64,000 nt of DNA from Eledone cirrhosa. Taxonomy: Eukaryota. This document shows positions 24,281 through 36,468 of the stretch, piece after piece (positions within the stretch are counted from its first letter, which is position 1; every line of letters starts with the position of its first letter). The stretch covers positions 2,666,001 through 2,730,000 of the forward strand of contig OZ024746.1 in NCBI GenBank assembly GCA_964016885.1, in the 5' to 3' direction. Both the position numbers and the translations under genes were made by a program. The notes beneath the pieces were generated by a model. That model had not been told where the DNA came from, made no database searches, and saw nothing but the letters and a program-made list of their open reading frames with translations.

Positions 24281-25057
24281 TTTACATGCCCTTCTCATTT
24301 TACTTTGGTATTTTCTTATTATAGCAACTTTAATCTTTAGTTACATCAATACATAAATTTATTGATCGTCATCAGCACCATGTAACTTATATTTGAGATG
24401 GGTTTGATAGGTTGTCACTTTATGTGGCTAGACATGTCAGATGATCGTGTCTTGATCGTATTATCCAGATGTTCTGTTATGACCATTCCATTTTTCATTC
24501 AAGTACCATGTATCTATGACTATGTTATCAATTCAAGTGTGTCCTTCTTTTTCTAAGAGAGTAGTGTGTGATTTGAGGGAAGTTTGGCTGTTTTTTCTTG
24601 CTGGTCAATCAACCACATTGAAGCTCCTTTGTTGACTCCTGAATGTTTAATATTTCAATGATTTCTATCATATCCCTGGAGATCAGTAGCCACTGCTTCA
24701 GTACTGACTTGGTCTATGTACACCCGTCCAACCCTTGCTGGCATGGAAAGTGGACATTAAAATGACGATGATGATGATGAGGGCTAATACTTTGGCTTTA
24801 TAGAGCATTGATATCAAATTGTGTGATGTCATAATTGTTTCAAAGATCCTATTTTTATAGACTTCATTCTAGCATATTGCATTTTCAAAAAATATGATGT
24901 ATCACAAATGTTGGCTCATGTAAGAAAATTTATTGTTTAATTCTTACATGTTTACTTCAACGTAAATGTAAACAAAATATGGTGAAAGATTGACTTTCCT
25001 TAAGGAATTCTCTTGATGAATTTTATTAAGAAAACACTTCAGCCTGTTCATCCTCAT

Positions 25058-25245
25058 TGAATTGGCAGTATCGGTAGAGGGTTGGACACCATGTTTTCTA
25101 GCATAGTTACGTCCCTTTACAGTCTGAGTTCAAATCCCGCCAAGGTTAACTTTGCCTTTCATCCTTTCGGGGTCGATAAAATAAAGTACCAGTAATGTAC
25201 TGGGTAATTGCTGGCCTTGTGCCTAAAGTAGAAACAATTATTATT
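25058..25245 (+). mobile_element. SINE family A, well preserved
   Basis: TGGCAGTATCGGTAGAG, GAGTTCAAATCCCGCC, TTCATCCTTTCGGGGTCGATAAAATAAAGTACCAG, (ATT)n tail. Confidence 0.9.
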
Positions 25246-26462
25246 ATTATTACTTTGTCACACTCTGTAGATGTTAAGTCACAACAAGGACCTCAGATAA
25301 ATAATATTTTCCTTAAAATATGCACTGTGCTTAGCAAAGAATTGTTGAATTTTTAAAATCAAATAAATTAATAAGTTTACAAAATATATACATTGATGTA
25401 TATCTACTTTGCTCAATCAACCCAACTAAAAAATTAGTACCATTCTCACTTCAAAGTGGAGTAGATGGAAAACCACTTGTTTAAACTATTCAGGCAAAAA
25501 ATGCTTGAATCTGAACTGTCCAAGCTATGTTAGCATAGAAATAGGAAAGTAAGCCAACATAACAAAATATGTGTTTGTATAGAATAGAAAATGGCAGATG
25601 GGGAGAAACTGGTTGCTAAAGGCACTTATAGGTGTAGAAAGGGGAATGTGTCAGCAGAAAGATTTTATTTATTCAGAAATATATATAAAAAATAAACAAT
25701 ATATTTTTAAAAAATGATAGTTTTTTTTTTCTATAAAAGATTCAAGTAGATTTCTGACTGATTGTTACATGACTGTCAATTAAATGGTAAAAGTTGGTTT
25801 CAGGAAAATCAATAAGATGTGAAAATCATGGCTTTTATTCCTTTTTATTTGTGCTTTTATGTATTTTTTGTTTTGTTTTTGTTTGTTAGATATCAACTTC
25901 TTTTAGCAATAATAAATCTGCTGTATTGATTTCTAAGTATTTCAGCTACACTACACTCTATGCTCTACCTGGATTGACTTTTCTTCTGAATGGTTAGTTT
26001 TAAGTTCCCCCCAATAATCTATTATTGAATTAATTGATCTCCAATAAATTGTTTTTTTCTTGATTCTTCAATTTTTTTTTTTATTATTGGTGATACTTTG
26101 TATCATCAACTTCCATATACAAATAGTACTTTGAAATAACAGCATAAAACAAAGAAAATTATATATTAAGGAAATTATTATAAATATTAAATAGCAAAGC
26201 TTTTTTTAAAGTTATTTTTACATTCATTTCCAATACTAGTCTTGGTTGAATGATTCTGCCACAGTAAAGGCATTTCACATGAATTTTATAATGGCTATTT
26301 TACGTCTGGATGCTTTCCCTATTGTTAATTAGTCGAAAATAGGAATGTTATTCATTTCAAAAAGGTTATCTAAGACAAGTTTCTTTGAGGTTCAAAAGAA
26401 TAGTAACATTTGAAATCTTAGTTTCACATCAGTAAATAATCTAACATCATTATCTTCAAAAC

Positions 26463-26621
26463 AAGGTGGATTGGCAGTATCGGTAAAGAGTCGGACACCA
26501 TGCTTTGAAGCATAGAGTTACGTCCCTTTATGATCTGAGTTCAAATCATGGGGTCGATAATATAAAGTACCAGTAATGTACTGGGTAATTGCTGGCCTTG
26601 TGCCAAAAATAGAAACAATTA
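26463..26621 (+). mobile_element. SINE family A with an internal deletion
   Basis: Head and tail match 25058; core segment missing after GTTCAAATC. Confidence 0.85.
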
Positions 26622-27879
26622 TCTTCAAAACATTATACCTTGTCATTATGATCTGCTAAGTATCTTTGAACTGTAGCAAAGGAGTGCTATGATTCATTTA
26701 TAGATGAATCATCAGTTGTAGTTTTTTGTGTGTTTCTCATGTATGAAAAGATCAGGGTTGTCAACAAAATAATATCTTTATAGTTAATTAGCTATCAGTG
26801 ATAATCACTTAGAAACTACTAACTTTTTAAGCATTTGATTTATGTCATTCCATTATTTTCCTGACATAATTAACCTCCATATAATGTCGACACTTTGACT
26901 TTGCTTAATGTAGTCATTCTTATCCCATTAGTAAATGAAATCAGTTCACCCTTTATTATGTTAGTAGTTTAGACTGTTAGCAATTTTATAATATTGCAGG
27001 GTCATATCAAATATTGAAGCTAAACAGCGCCAAATCACTGTAACATATAACAGTTTCTTCAAAGCCCAAAGCCCAAGGCTATTTGACCTCGTCCACTACT
27101 TCAATATTTCAAACTCCCACTTTTGTTGTTTGGCTTGGTCCTTTCATAAGAGAGAAGTTATTCCATCTGGCACCATATTGAAGTAGGAATATTGCCATTC
27201 TTGCCTGTACTTAGTAATTAAGTATATCAGACATTGCTTTCTCAATATATTCTTAGTTTCTTTAGTCTGCTTTGCACCTATAGAAATATATGTGTATATC
27301 TTACACCTTCAAAAGTAAAATTTCCCAAGCCATTTGAAGTATGCAGTATATAAATTTATGTACACACCATATACAGGAAATATGTTAGAATTATCAAATA
27401 GCTACACAGTGCGAGAATCTGAAAGTATTGTGTTAAAGTACATCAAGGTGTTAATGGTTACAATTGTCTGATCAATGTAGTTTTCTTTAAGATGAACAAC
27501 ACTTAGTTTAGTGTTAACTCAGAAATTGATTTTACATTTCACACTTTATATCTAAACATTGTAAATTTTAACCCTTATAATACTCGCCATTTTGGTGCTT
27601 GAAAGAAGCACCAAAATATATTGTTGCAAATAAAATGAGTAGTTGCAATTCCAGAGTCACGTTGTTATGCAAAAGTTTTTTGCTGATGATTGTTTAAAAC
27701 CTGGTTGCACCCATCCCGCACCAGGTTGGACCACAGCTGCTTTCTTCCAAAAAGAGAGACCATATGTGTGTTAGAGAGAAAGGGAAAAAGGAAATTCTGT
27801 ATTGACCTTGAAAGGCAAAGTTGATGTCAGCAGGATTTGAAAGTTGGAACAAATATTGCAAAGAATTCTGTCTGATGGT

Positions 27880-28172
27880 CTCTCTGTCAATTCACCTCTC
27901 TTTCTCTCTCTCTCTTTCTTTCTCTCTCTCTATCTCTCTTTCTCTCTCTCTCCCTCTTTCTCTTTCTCTCTCTCCCTCTTTCTCTTTCTCTCTCTCCCTC
28001 TTTTTCTCTCTCTCTCTCTCTTTTTCTCTCTCTCTCTCTTTTTCTCTCTCTCTCTCTCTTTTCTCATTCTCTCTCTCTCTCTTTTCTCTCTCTTCTCTCT
28101 TTTTCTCTCTCTTCTCTCTCTTCTCTCTTTTTCTCTCTCTCCTCTCTTTTTCTCTCTCTTTCTCTCTCTTTT

Positions 28173-28204
<32 letters not shown>

Positions 28205-28822
28205 TTTTTTTCTCTCTCTCTTTTCTCTCTCTCTCTCACTTTTCTCTCTCATTTTTCTTTTTCTCTCCTCCTCCTCTCTCCTCCTCCTCCTCCTCCTCCC
28301 CCTCCTCTCCCTCCTCCTCCTCTCTCTCCTCCTCCTCTCTCTCCTCCTCCTCTCTCTCCTCCTCCTCCTCTCTCCTCTCTCCTCCTCTCTCCTCTTTTTC
28401 TCATTTTTCTCTCTTTTTCTCTCCTCCTCTCTCCTCCTCTCTCCTCCTCTCTCCTCCTCTCTCCTCCTTCTCTCTCCTCCTCTCTCCTCTTTTTCTCATT
28501 TTTCTCTTTTTCTAATTTTTCTCCTTCTCTCTCCTCTCTCTCTCTCTTCTCTCTCTCCTCTCTCTCTCCTCTCTCCTCCTCTCTCCTCCTCTCTCCTTCT
28601 CTCTCCTTCTCTCTCCTCCTCTCTCCTCCTCTTCTCCTCTCTCCTCCTTCTCCTCTCTCCTCCTTCTCTTCTCTCCTTCTCTTCTCTCCTTCTCTTCTCT
28701 CCTCCTTCTCTCCTCCTTCTCCTCTCTCCTCCTTCTCTCCTCCTCTTTTTTCTCTTTTTTTCTCTTTTTTCTCTTTCTCTCTCTCCCTCTCTCTCTCTTT
28801 CTCTCCCTCTCTCTCTCTCTCA
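27880..28822. repeat. About 940-bp polypyrimidine tract of (CT)n/(CCT)n
   Basis: Almost purine-free on the + strand; explains the SL/RE ORFs. Confidence 0.97.
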
Positions 28823-29579
28823 CTCAAATATTTAAATTTCCCAGCCATATCATCAGGACTCTGCACTAAATAACCACCAACAAACATCTGTCATCACAAA
28901 AGTCTTTTCATCATTATGCTTACTTTTCCATGCCAACATGGGTTGGACAAAATACTTTGAGGCAGTTTTCCTGTGGTCTACATATTCTTCTGATGCCAAC
29001 TCCTACTTTGTTCATAAGTAGTGGTATATATTGTACATCTCCATCATACACGATACATACACACAAGCATGACATATGCACCTGCAAATATTGCACACAC
29101 ACACACGCACACACACATTGTACAATCAGTAACATCAGTACAATCAGAAACATTAGTAAGCTGGGTTGGGTCGGGGGTAGACGATTATTGGGAGACTTAA
29201 GAGTATATTATCCAACAACTTGCTTGGTGTATGAGAAGAGGTGAGTAGGAGAGTTATTTAATATTGCATTCTGAGTCATTTAGCTGTCACTTTAGCTGAC
29301 TGTACAGGAAAGACAGGTCAAAGGTGATGAATAAACTATATATATATATAGTTTAATACTCAAAGGATGTATATGTGTGTACTCTCAAATATTGCTTTAT
29401 AATGAACAGTTGTTATGGAAATTTGTTTGGCTAGCAATATAAGAATGTGTTTGAATGATAAACATATCTCAGGCATTGCTGGTATTCATTTCTATTGTTA
29501 TTAATTTGGTGAGGGGCATTATAGGAAATAAACTGTATGTATGTGTTTGTATCTGAATATATATATATATATATATATT

Positions 29580-30182
29580 CAGGTCACCAGTTGGTGCTAC
29601 TGGTAACATGTATCCCAGTACAACCTGTCTCATGGTTGGGTCGTTGGCGACTAAACTGGCAACCCCACCAAGGTTTCTTGGTGAGGAGGGTGACTTTGGA
29701 TATCCTGAAGGACTAAAAACAAAACCTGTCAAAGGGCAAGGGAGCTCTTAAGAGTCAATAGCCATCCAAAATCACCGGGAGAGATGACCCCTTAGCCTTT
29801 GTCAAGGCAGAATTCTAGGAGAAGGAAAACTCTGATATAACACCTGCAACCCTGATGGTATCCAATGATGTTGACTTGTTCTTCCTTTTGGTAAATATTA
29901 TCTTGGTTAAGAGAGTGGGACTGGCTTTGTGCAGTACCTTTGCTCACTATAAAAGCTTCACAGCACAGGCATTGCTTTATATCTGGAGATCTCTCTGCAC
30001 TTGTCATCACATGGTACCATGGGCCCTGCACTGTGTGTCAATAATGGTCACAAGTGTAGTCTTTGTACCAGAGTTTTCAAGTCGCTGGCTGGACTAAAAA
30101 GCCACATTCATTCAGCGCATCGGTAGGGGTTCTCCTACATGGATATAAAGTAGTGGCCGTACTCGAAACGAGTTGGCAGCCA

Positions 30183-30185
<3 letters not shown>
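29580..30185 (+). mobile_element. Internally deleted RTE-like element: 5'UTR-like segment plus C-terminal C2H2 finger and 3' end
   Basis: GGAGAAGGAAAACTCTGAT motif recalled from RTE 5' UTRs; 30055-30126 encodes CSLCTRVFKSLAGLKSHIHSAHR*; (TA)n on both sides. Confidence 0.6.
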
Positions 30186-30227
<42 letters not shown>

Positions 30228-30229
<2 letters not shown>

Positions 30230-30285
30230 AATTACCCACTCTGGTGTGTTATGGTCCACCTGGTTCCTTACCACACTTCCTTCAT
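30228..30285 (-). mobile_element. Fragment of a (TA)n-associated repeat family (copies 48840-49000, 51370-51530)
   Basis: Shared GTGGTAAGGAACCAGGTGGACCATAAC.CACCAGAGT. Confidence 0.7.
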
Positions 30286-30316
<31 letters not shown>

Positions 30317-30449
30317 GTGAGGTTTTTTTTTTACAAAATGAAAAATAACCGAGGTGTCCTACACGAGTGGAAGTATAAAGAAAAAGGGATGAAATCGAAA
30401 ATGCAACTGAAGTCTTATTTTTTTTAAAAATATATATATTTATTTGGTT

Positions 30450-30487
30450 CCTTTACCGGTTTCGCAGTTCTTCTGCTTTTCAAAAGG
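30450..30487 (-). ncRNA. Minimal type I hammerhead motif with a U3-A8 core variant
   Basis: Minus strand: CCUU-UUGAAAA-GCAG-AAGAA-CUGC-GAAA-CCGG-UA-AAGG. Confidence 0.6.
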
Positions 30488-30570
30488 TGAGTTGAGATGG
30501 AGGGTCTGGTTTTTCTCACATATATATATATACACACGCACCACACACACCACACACACCACACACACCA

Positions 30571-30614
<44 letters not shown>

Positions 30615-31932
30615 CGTCTAGCTCATCAGTATTACTTGGGCTTAGCATAATGTTTAATGAAATTTAGTAAATGTACTTTTTAAGCATCTAACTATAATAA
30701 AACTACAATTGAAGAACTGTGTGTGCCTGTGCTGTAGTTATTTGACAAGTGGCTATTATATAAATACTTGATTATTTTTTCCAGTAGAACTTATTATAAG
30801 CAAATCAACCGTTCCAGGGTTTGGAGGATTGACTATTCACCAGATTGATTTTTTAATTTTTATTTTTTAGCTGCTATTTTATATTCAACTGAAACAAGCC
30901 AATTTCTGCAAAAGATGTTCCATGGCATTAGATATTTTGAATCTGTTGGCTATCTTACATGACCTACAAGGTTTGTCTCGAAAGTAATGGTACTGATATT
31001 TTATTTAAATGTAGATTGGATTTAGTAGCATCCTTTTTTTTTTAAAAACTAAATTTGCAAGGATGTCCCCCCCCCCCCCAAAAAAAAAGTTGAATTACTT
31101 TTACAGTTTCAGCCATAACAGACTAGAAACCCAGTTCCTGATGTAACACTAACATGGCATTGCTTGACTTAAACTTTCTAAAGAAATTGTAAGATTTGCA
31201 TTGTATAGGGGATATATGGCCAAACACTTTCAAATATCTTCACATCAAGTAATTCAAAACATAAGCATTTCTCAATGTGAGCAAATTACTTCTCCAAAGA
31301 CGAGCATTTGTAAACTACACTATCTAATGCAGTAGTTCCCAAGCTTATTTTGTTTCAGGACCCTTGTGATATTCCCCAAATCACAGAACTCATACCTATA
31401 TTATCCAGACAATCCCTGCCACCTTAATTTTAACATTAAATAAAATAAAAGTTGTTATAAAGGTGTGAATCCATTCATATAAAAAAAAGCCATAATTTTT
31501 AAAATTAAATTTCATTAAGACACCTGATCTTGCAGGACACAACTTTTTTTGGCATAACCAACACTGTTCTTGTGTCATGTTCTCATACAGGGTTTTGTCA
31601 ATTATATCTATCCCAGTACTTATTCTAATACTCATTTTTTTTTTTTAAAATTTTTTTTTTTATTTATCAAATAGCTAACTTGGCCTCCAAGTTACATCCT
31701 TTTATGTGATAAATACCATAAACTATTGTTTGAAACACCAACTTTCACTGGTATATATGCACACACGCACGCACACACGTAGAGAAAGAGTTTTTGTACA
31801 TTTTCTTCTGTTTACCAAATTTCCTTGACATGTCCTTTAAGACTGAAAATACTTGAAGGTGACACACTGGGTTTTCCAGTGTTTACTCCATGTAGGTCAA
31901 CATTGTCTTTTAATCTTCCATAGTTGATAAAA

Positions 31933-32118
31933 TAATTTTCTATTTTTGGCACAAGGCAATTATCCCAGTGTATTACTGGTACTTTATTTTATCGACCCCT
32001 GTAAGGATGAAAGGCAAAGTTAACCTTGACAGGATTTGAACTCAGACTGTAAAGGCTCGTAACTCCATGCTGCAAAGCATGTCATCCGAACTTCTAACGA
32101 TACTGCCAATCCACTGCC
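31933..32118 (-). mobile_element. SINE family A
   Basis: Reverse-complement copy with core and head. Confidence 0.87.
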
Positions 32119-32910
32119 AAAATAATGTACCAGTAATGTAATAGTGTTGATTTGATTGTGTCTACCACTTCTATAAAAATTTACCTTGTATCTAGTCAAA
32201 AATTATCAAATTCCAATAAAGAGTTGGAAGAAGGGGGAAGCAATGTAGAAATCCTCTTCTTAATTATAGAATGTAATTTGTCCACATGGGTTTTTAACGT
32301 CTCTCTGAATCTGTTCTACTGATGCCAGCATGGTAAAACTGACATAAAATTGGTAATGATAGTGCACATGAAGACAATGATTGTAATAATTGTCACGTCT
32401 ATTGCTGCTTGTAGAAGCTTAATTGAATAATCAATAACTTAAAGGAAACAGAATAGATTTAACCTACAATGTTGAAATAATATCATAGAATGACCTCTTG
32501 AAGTACTTCAGTTAGCTTCTCTTCTTGCTATCTCTCACATATAAAGGCAAGTACTTTAGAATATGAATCAGCCGATGGTCTAGTTGCAGTTCCTAGTCAG
32601 AACCAATTCACTCCATCTATAACATTCAATAGCCTTTAAGAAAAAAAAAGAAAGGTTGTCATTTAATCTCACTTTTTCTCAATATAAATTTCTGGTTTTG
32701 TATGTAAGAAAGAAATCAATGCAGCAAGTGTTGTAGAGAAGTGTTAAGCTTGTAGCAAGCTCACTCTTATCTTGCATTTTGTTTCTTGGTCTCTATTAAT
32801 TCACTTTACTTCACAAATGTTTTTTGAAAAGTATGAATTTCCACACAATATCATTCCTCTTTCCAGTTTCCTAAAAAAATAAAAAAAATAAAAAATCAGT
32901 TTGAAATTTA

Positions 32911-33079
32911 TAATTGTTTCTACTTTTGGCACAAGACCAGAAATTACCCAGTATATTACTGGTACTTTATTTTATCGACCCCATAAGGATGAAAGGTAGA
33001 GTTGACCTCGGCGGGATTTGAACTCAGTCCGTAAAGCATGGCGTCCGACCCTCTAACGATACTGCCAATCCACCACCCT
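32911..33079 (-). mobile_element. SINE family A
   Basis: Reverse-complement copy with core and head. Confidence 0.87.
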
Positions 33080-33644
33080 TTGAAAGTTATAATATAAATC
33101 ATTATGATAGCCAGAAGTTGAGACACTGTTGGATCATTGGTCCTCATACTACCTCCCTACTCTCTGCTATGAGGTCAGAGTTGCATCCTTCATCTCCCCA
33201 CTAGGACCACTATGCAACTTCCACCTGAGATTCTCCATGCCAGGTAACATTCTCTCCAACAGTCCAGGTTCATATCATTAGAATAGCAATGATTATTTTT
33301 TTCTCATGTTTTATAAATCATTTCATCATCATCATCGTTTTTATGTTCGTTTTTCCACACTTGCATGGGTTGGACAGGTCCTTCTCAGCATGGCATCTCT
33401 CTATTTGTCGCGTTCCTTCGTCAGGGGGGGGGGGATTTTTTTTAGGTTGCTTCCGTTGATTTTTAAAATAATTATTCGTGACTAAGAATATGTCGAGATA
33501 TGAGATTAAATCTAGCACAGTATTTAATGTGGTGCTCTATTGGTTTGGTGCCAAATCTACAGCAATACAATCACTATTTCATAGATTGGTTCATTCCATA
33601 GACTTTCAGTTTAAGTTTTCAACAATACATATCTGTGTAAAGGA

Positions 33645-33990
33645 ATTAGCGTGGCCAAATGGGTAAGAAGTTTGTTTCGCAATCATTAAGGTCCTGGGTT
33701 TGATCCTTCTATGAGACTTCTGGGGCAAGTGTCATTTACTTTAGCCTTGAGTCAACCCAATCCTTCAGTGAAATTGGTTAGACAGAAACTGTTGAGAAGC
33801 CCGTCAGATGGACTGTACCTGTAATTTAAAGGGGCAACCTTGCCACACACTATCATGCTGAATCTCCCTGAGAAATGTTATGTGTACACGTGTCTGTGGA
33901 ATGCTCAGCCACATACATGTTAAATTTATGAGCAGGCTGTTCTGTTGATCAAACAATAGGAATACTACATTGAAACCAACAGAGGTCCAT
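33645..33990 (+). mobile_element. tRNA-derived SINE, family C (related copies about 9750-9900, 60240-60570)
   Basis: tRNA-like head, GGGCAAGTGTC core, TCATGCTGAATCTCCCTGAGAA segment shared with about 60455. Confidence 0.7.
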
Positions 33991-34206
33991 TCCATCAACT
34001 GATACTGTAATAGTATCAAAGCTTTCATCTTGTTTGCCAGTATTTATTTTGATTTTTAGATGGCTGCCTACTCCCCCTCCTCTTATTTCAATTTATGATT
34101 GTTGTTGTTGTTGTTGTCACGTATTCGGCCATCAATTGTTTGTTAGTAATGAAAATAAAATAAAAAAACAAATCAGCTAAATGGATTATACAAATCTTTC
34201 ATCAGT

Positions 34207-34372
34207 CACACAGCTATATATACACACACACACACACAGCTATATATATATATACATACACACACAGCTATACACACACACACACACACAGCTATATATA
34301 TACACACACACACACACACACAGCTATATATATATACACACACACACAGCTATATATACACACACAGCTATA

Positions 34373-34415
<43 letters not shown>

Positions 34416-34856
34416 CTATATATATACACACACACACACAGCTATATATATACACACACACACACAGCTATATGTACACACACACACACAGCTATATGTA
34501 CACACATACACACACAGCTATACACACACACACATACAGCTCTATGTACACACACACACATACAGCTATATGTACACACACACACACACACACACACAGC
34601 TATATATACACACACACACACACAGCTATATATACACACACAGCTATAAGTACACACATACACACAGTTATATGTACACGGACACACACACACACACACA
34701 TGAATATATTATACATATATACATATGTGTGTGCATTTGTAATCACTTTTACTGTTGCATTACTTTGGTGGCATGGGTTAGATACAGTAAAATAGCAGGG
34801 AGGGGGACCCTGGGCTGCATTAACTCTTACACCGTGGTTGGATATGTATATATATA

Positions 34857-34903
<47 letters not shown>

Positions 34904-34944
34904 ATATATATATATCTGTGTATATATATATGTGCGTGTGTGTG

Positions 34945-34999
<55 letters not shown>

Positions 35000-35071
35000 C
35001 TGTGTGTATATATATATATGTGCGTGTGTGTGTGTATATATATATATATATACACACATACACGTGCACTC

Positions 35072-35108
<37 letters not shown>

Positions 35109-35141
35109 TACACACACACATACACGTGTGCACTCCTATCC

Positions 35142-35181
<40 letters not shown>

Positions 35182-35200
35182 TGCACTCCTATATACATAT
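34207..35200. repeat. Compound microsatellite: (CA)n-GC-(TA)n units, then (TG)n/(TA)n
   Basis: Direct reading; source of the HT/YI/CV ORFs. Confidence 0.95.
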
Positions 35201-35754
35201 AGGTAAAGTTTGATATTTGTGTGAGCATCCATGAATGTTACCTTGTTTAGCTCTTATTACTCTAATCTGTCTTCAATGTTACACTTGTTTTCTCTTCCTC
35301 AAAATAACTGGCGGCTTATTTGTTCTTGTTGTTCTTGCTATTGTTGTTTTTCTTTTTAGATAATTTTTTTTTCCTTTTTATGAGAAGATTAAAGCAATAT
35401 TGCAAAATGTTTGGCTTCATAAGGAAAAGTAAGGTTGGACAGAGAGAGGGAGAGAGAGAGGGAGAGTGTGTGGGTGTGTGTAAGGGAAAAATATTTTTAA
35501 AAAAATCAATATCTCCAGCACTGCAATCAGGATATTAGTCATCTTTACTTGTTTATATATATATGTATATATATATACACAGATAGATACATACACACAT
35601 ATTTGTTCTTGTGAAATGGTTTTTACCAATACACTGCTTTAGCGTGTTTTCTTACATTAGATAGGGAAAAAATTCAAGTATCAACTAACTAAATTATTAT
35701 ACATGTATTTTAGAATATATATATATATGTATATATATATACATATATATATAT

Positions 35755-36043
35755 GTAGAAGTTGTATTTAATTTGTTGGAATTCCGACAAACGTAAATGT
35801 TTATAACTGATTTAGTGCACACAACAGGTTACTGGAGTAAATATTCCATGATATTTCAGTGAATTTCCAGTGAATTTCCGACCGATAAGGTTGAATCTTC
35901 ATGGGTACGTCTTTATTTATAAAACAAACTTTGTATTTTATCTGATGAAAGCGCACCAAGGTTGACTTGGTTGCCCTTGAAATATATATAATAAAATAAA
36001 TATGGTTTTATAAATATAGTATCCATTTATTTAATATCATGGT
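35755..36043 (+). mobile_element. Non-autonomous Penelope-like / retrozyme-like element carrying a hammerhead, inserted in (TA)n
   Basis: Homologous to 52977-53396 (minus); short inverted end CCATGATATT / AATATCATGG; TA tracts on both sides. Confidence 0.7.
35934..35998 (+). ncRNA. Type I hammerhead ribozyme motif
   Basis: UAUUUUAU-CUGAUGA-AAGCGCACCAAG-GUUGA-CUUGGUUGCCCUU-GAAA-UAUAUA-UA-AUAAAAUA; perfect 8-bp stem I, long stem II, palindromic stem III; predicted cut after 35990. Confidence 0.8.
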
Positions 36044-36122
36044 GTGTATATATATATATATATATATACTTCAATTTTGTATTTGTTTTGCAAGATATTT
36101 ATCTGAAAATGTGTATTGAAAG

Positions 36123-36463
36123 ATATTGTTATATTTTGGGAGAGTCATGCAGCCAATAAAAAACACATGTACCGTTGGGTTTCACCTTAATTTATTATTA
36201 TAAGTTCTCAGTTGGTTCATTTAATAACTGCTTGAAACAAAAAGAGGGTGTGGGACAGAACAAAGGAGACATACAAAATAACAACAAAAAAAGTCTGAGG
36301 AGGTCACAGAATGTGTGACGAAAGAGCTTTGATGACAATCAACTAAAAAATCATCCAGTTATTAAACTAACCAACTGGGAAATTTTAATAATAAATTAAA
36401 GTAAAAACCAACATGTGCATATGTTTTTATTGGCAGCACAACCCTTCCAATGTATAACAATAT
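36123..36463. mobile_element. Fold-back element with about 108-bp imperfect inverted arms and a decayed hammerhead core in the loop
   Basis: Arms 36123-36230 and 36356-36463; CTGAGGA-G-GTCACA-GAATG-TGTGAC-GAAA at 36295-36323. Confidence 0.65.
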
Positions 36464-36468
36464 ATATC

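Noticed and set aside
28820-28860. Minus-strand CUGAUGA...GAAA
   Set aside because: No stem II or stem I pairing.
27821-28887. Multiple 100-350 aa S/L/P or R/E ORFs
   Set aside because: Translations of the CT microsatellite tract.
34181-35232. HT/YI/CV-rich ORFs (likewise 53852-54505 and 55162-56670)
   Set aside because: Dinucleotide and compound repeat translations.
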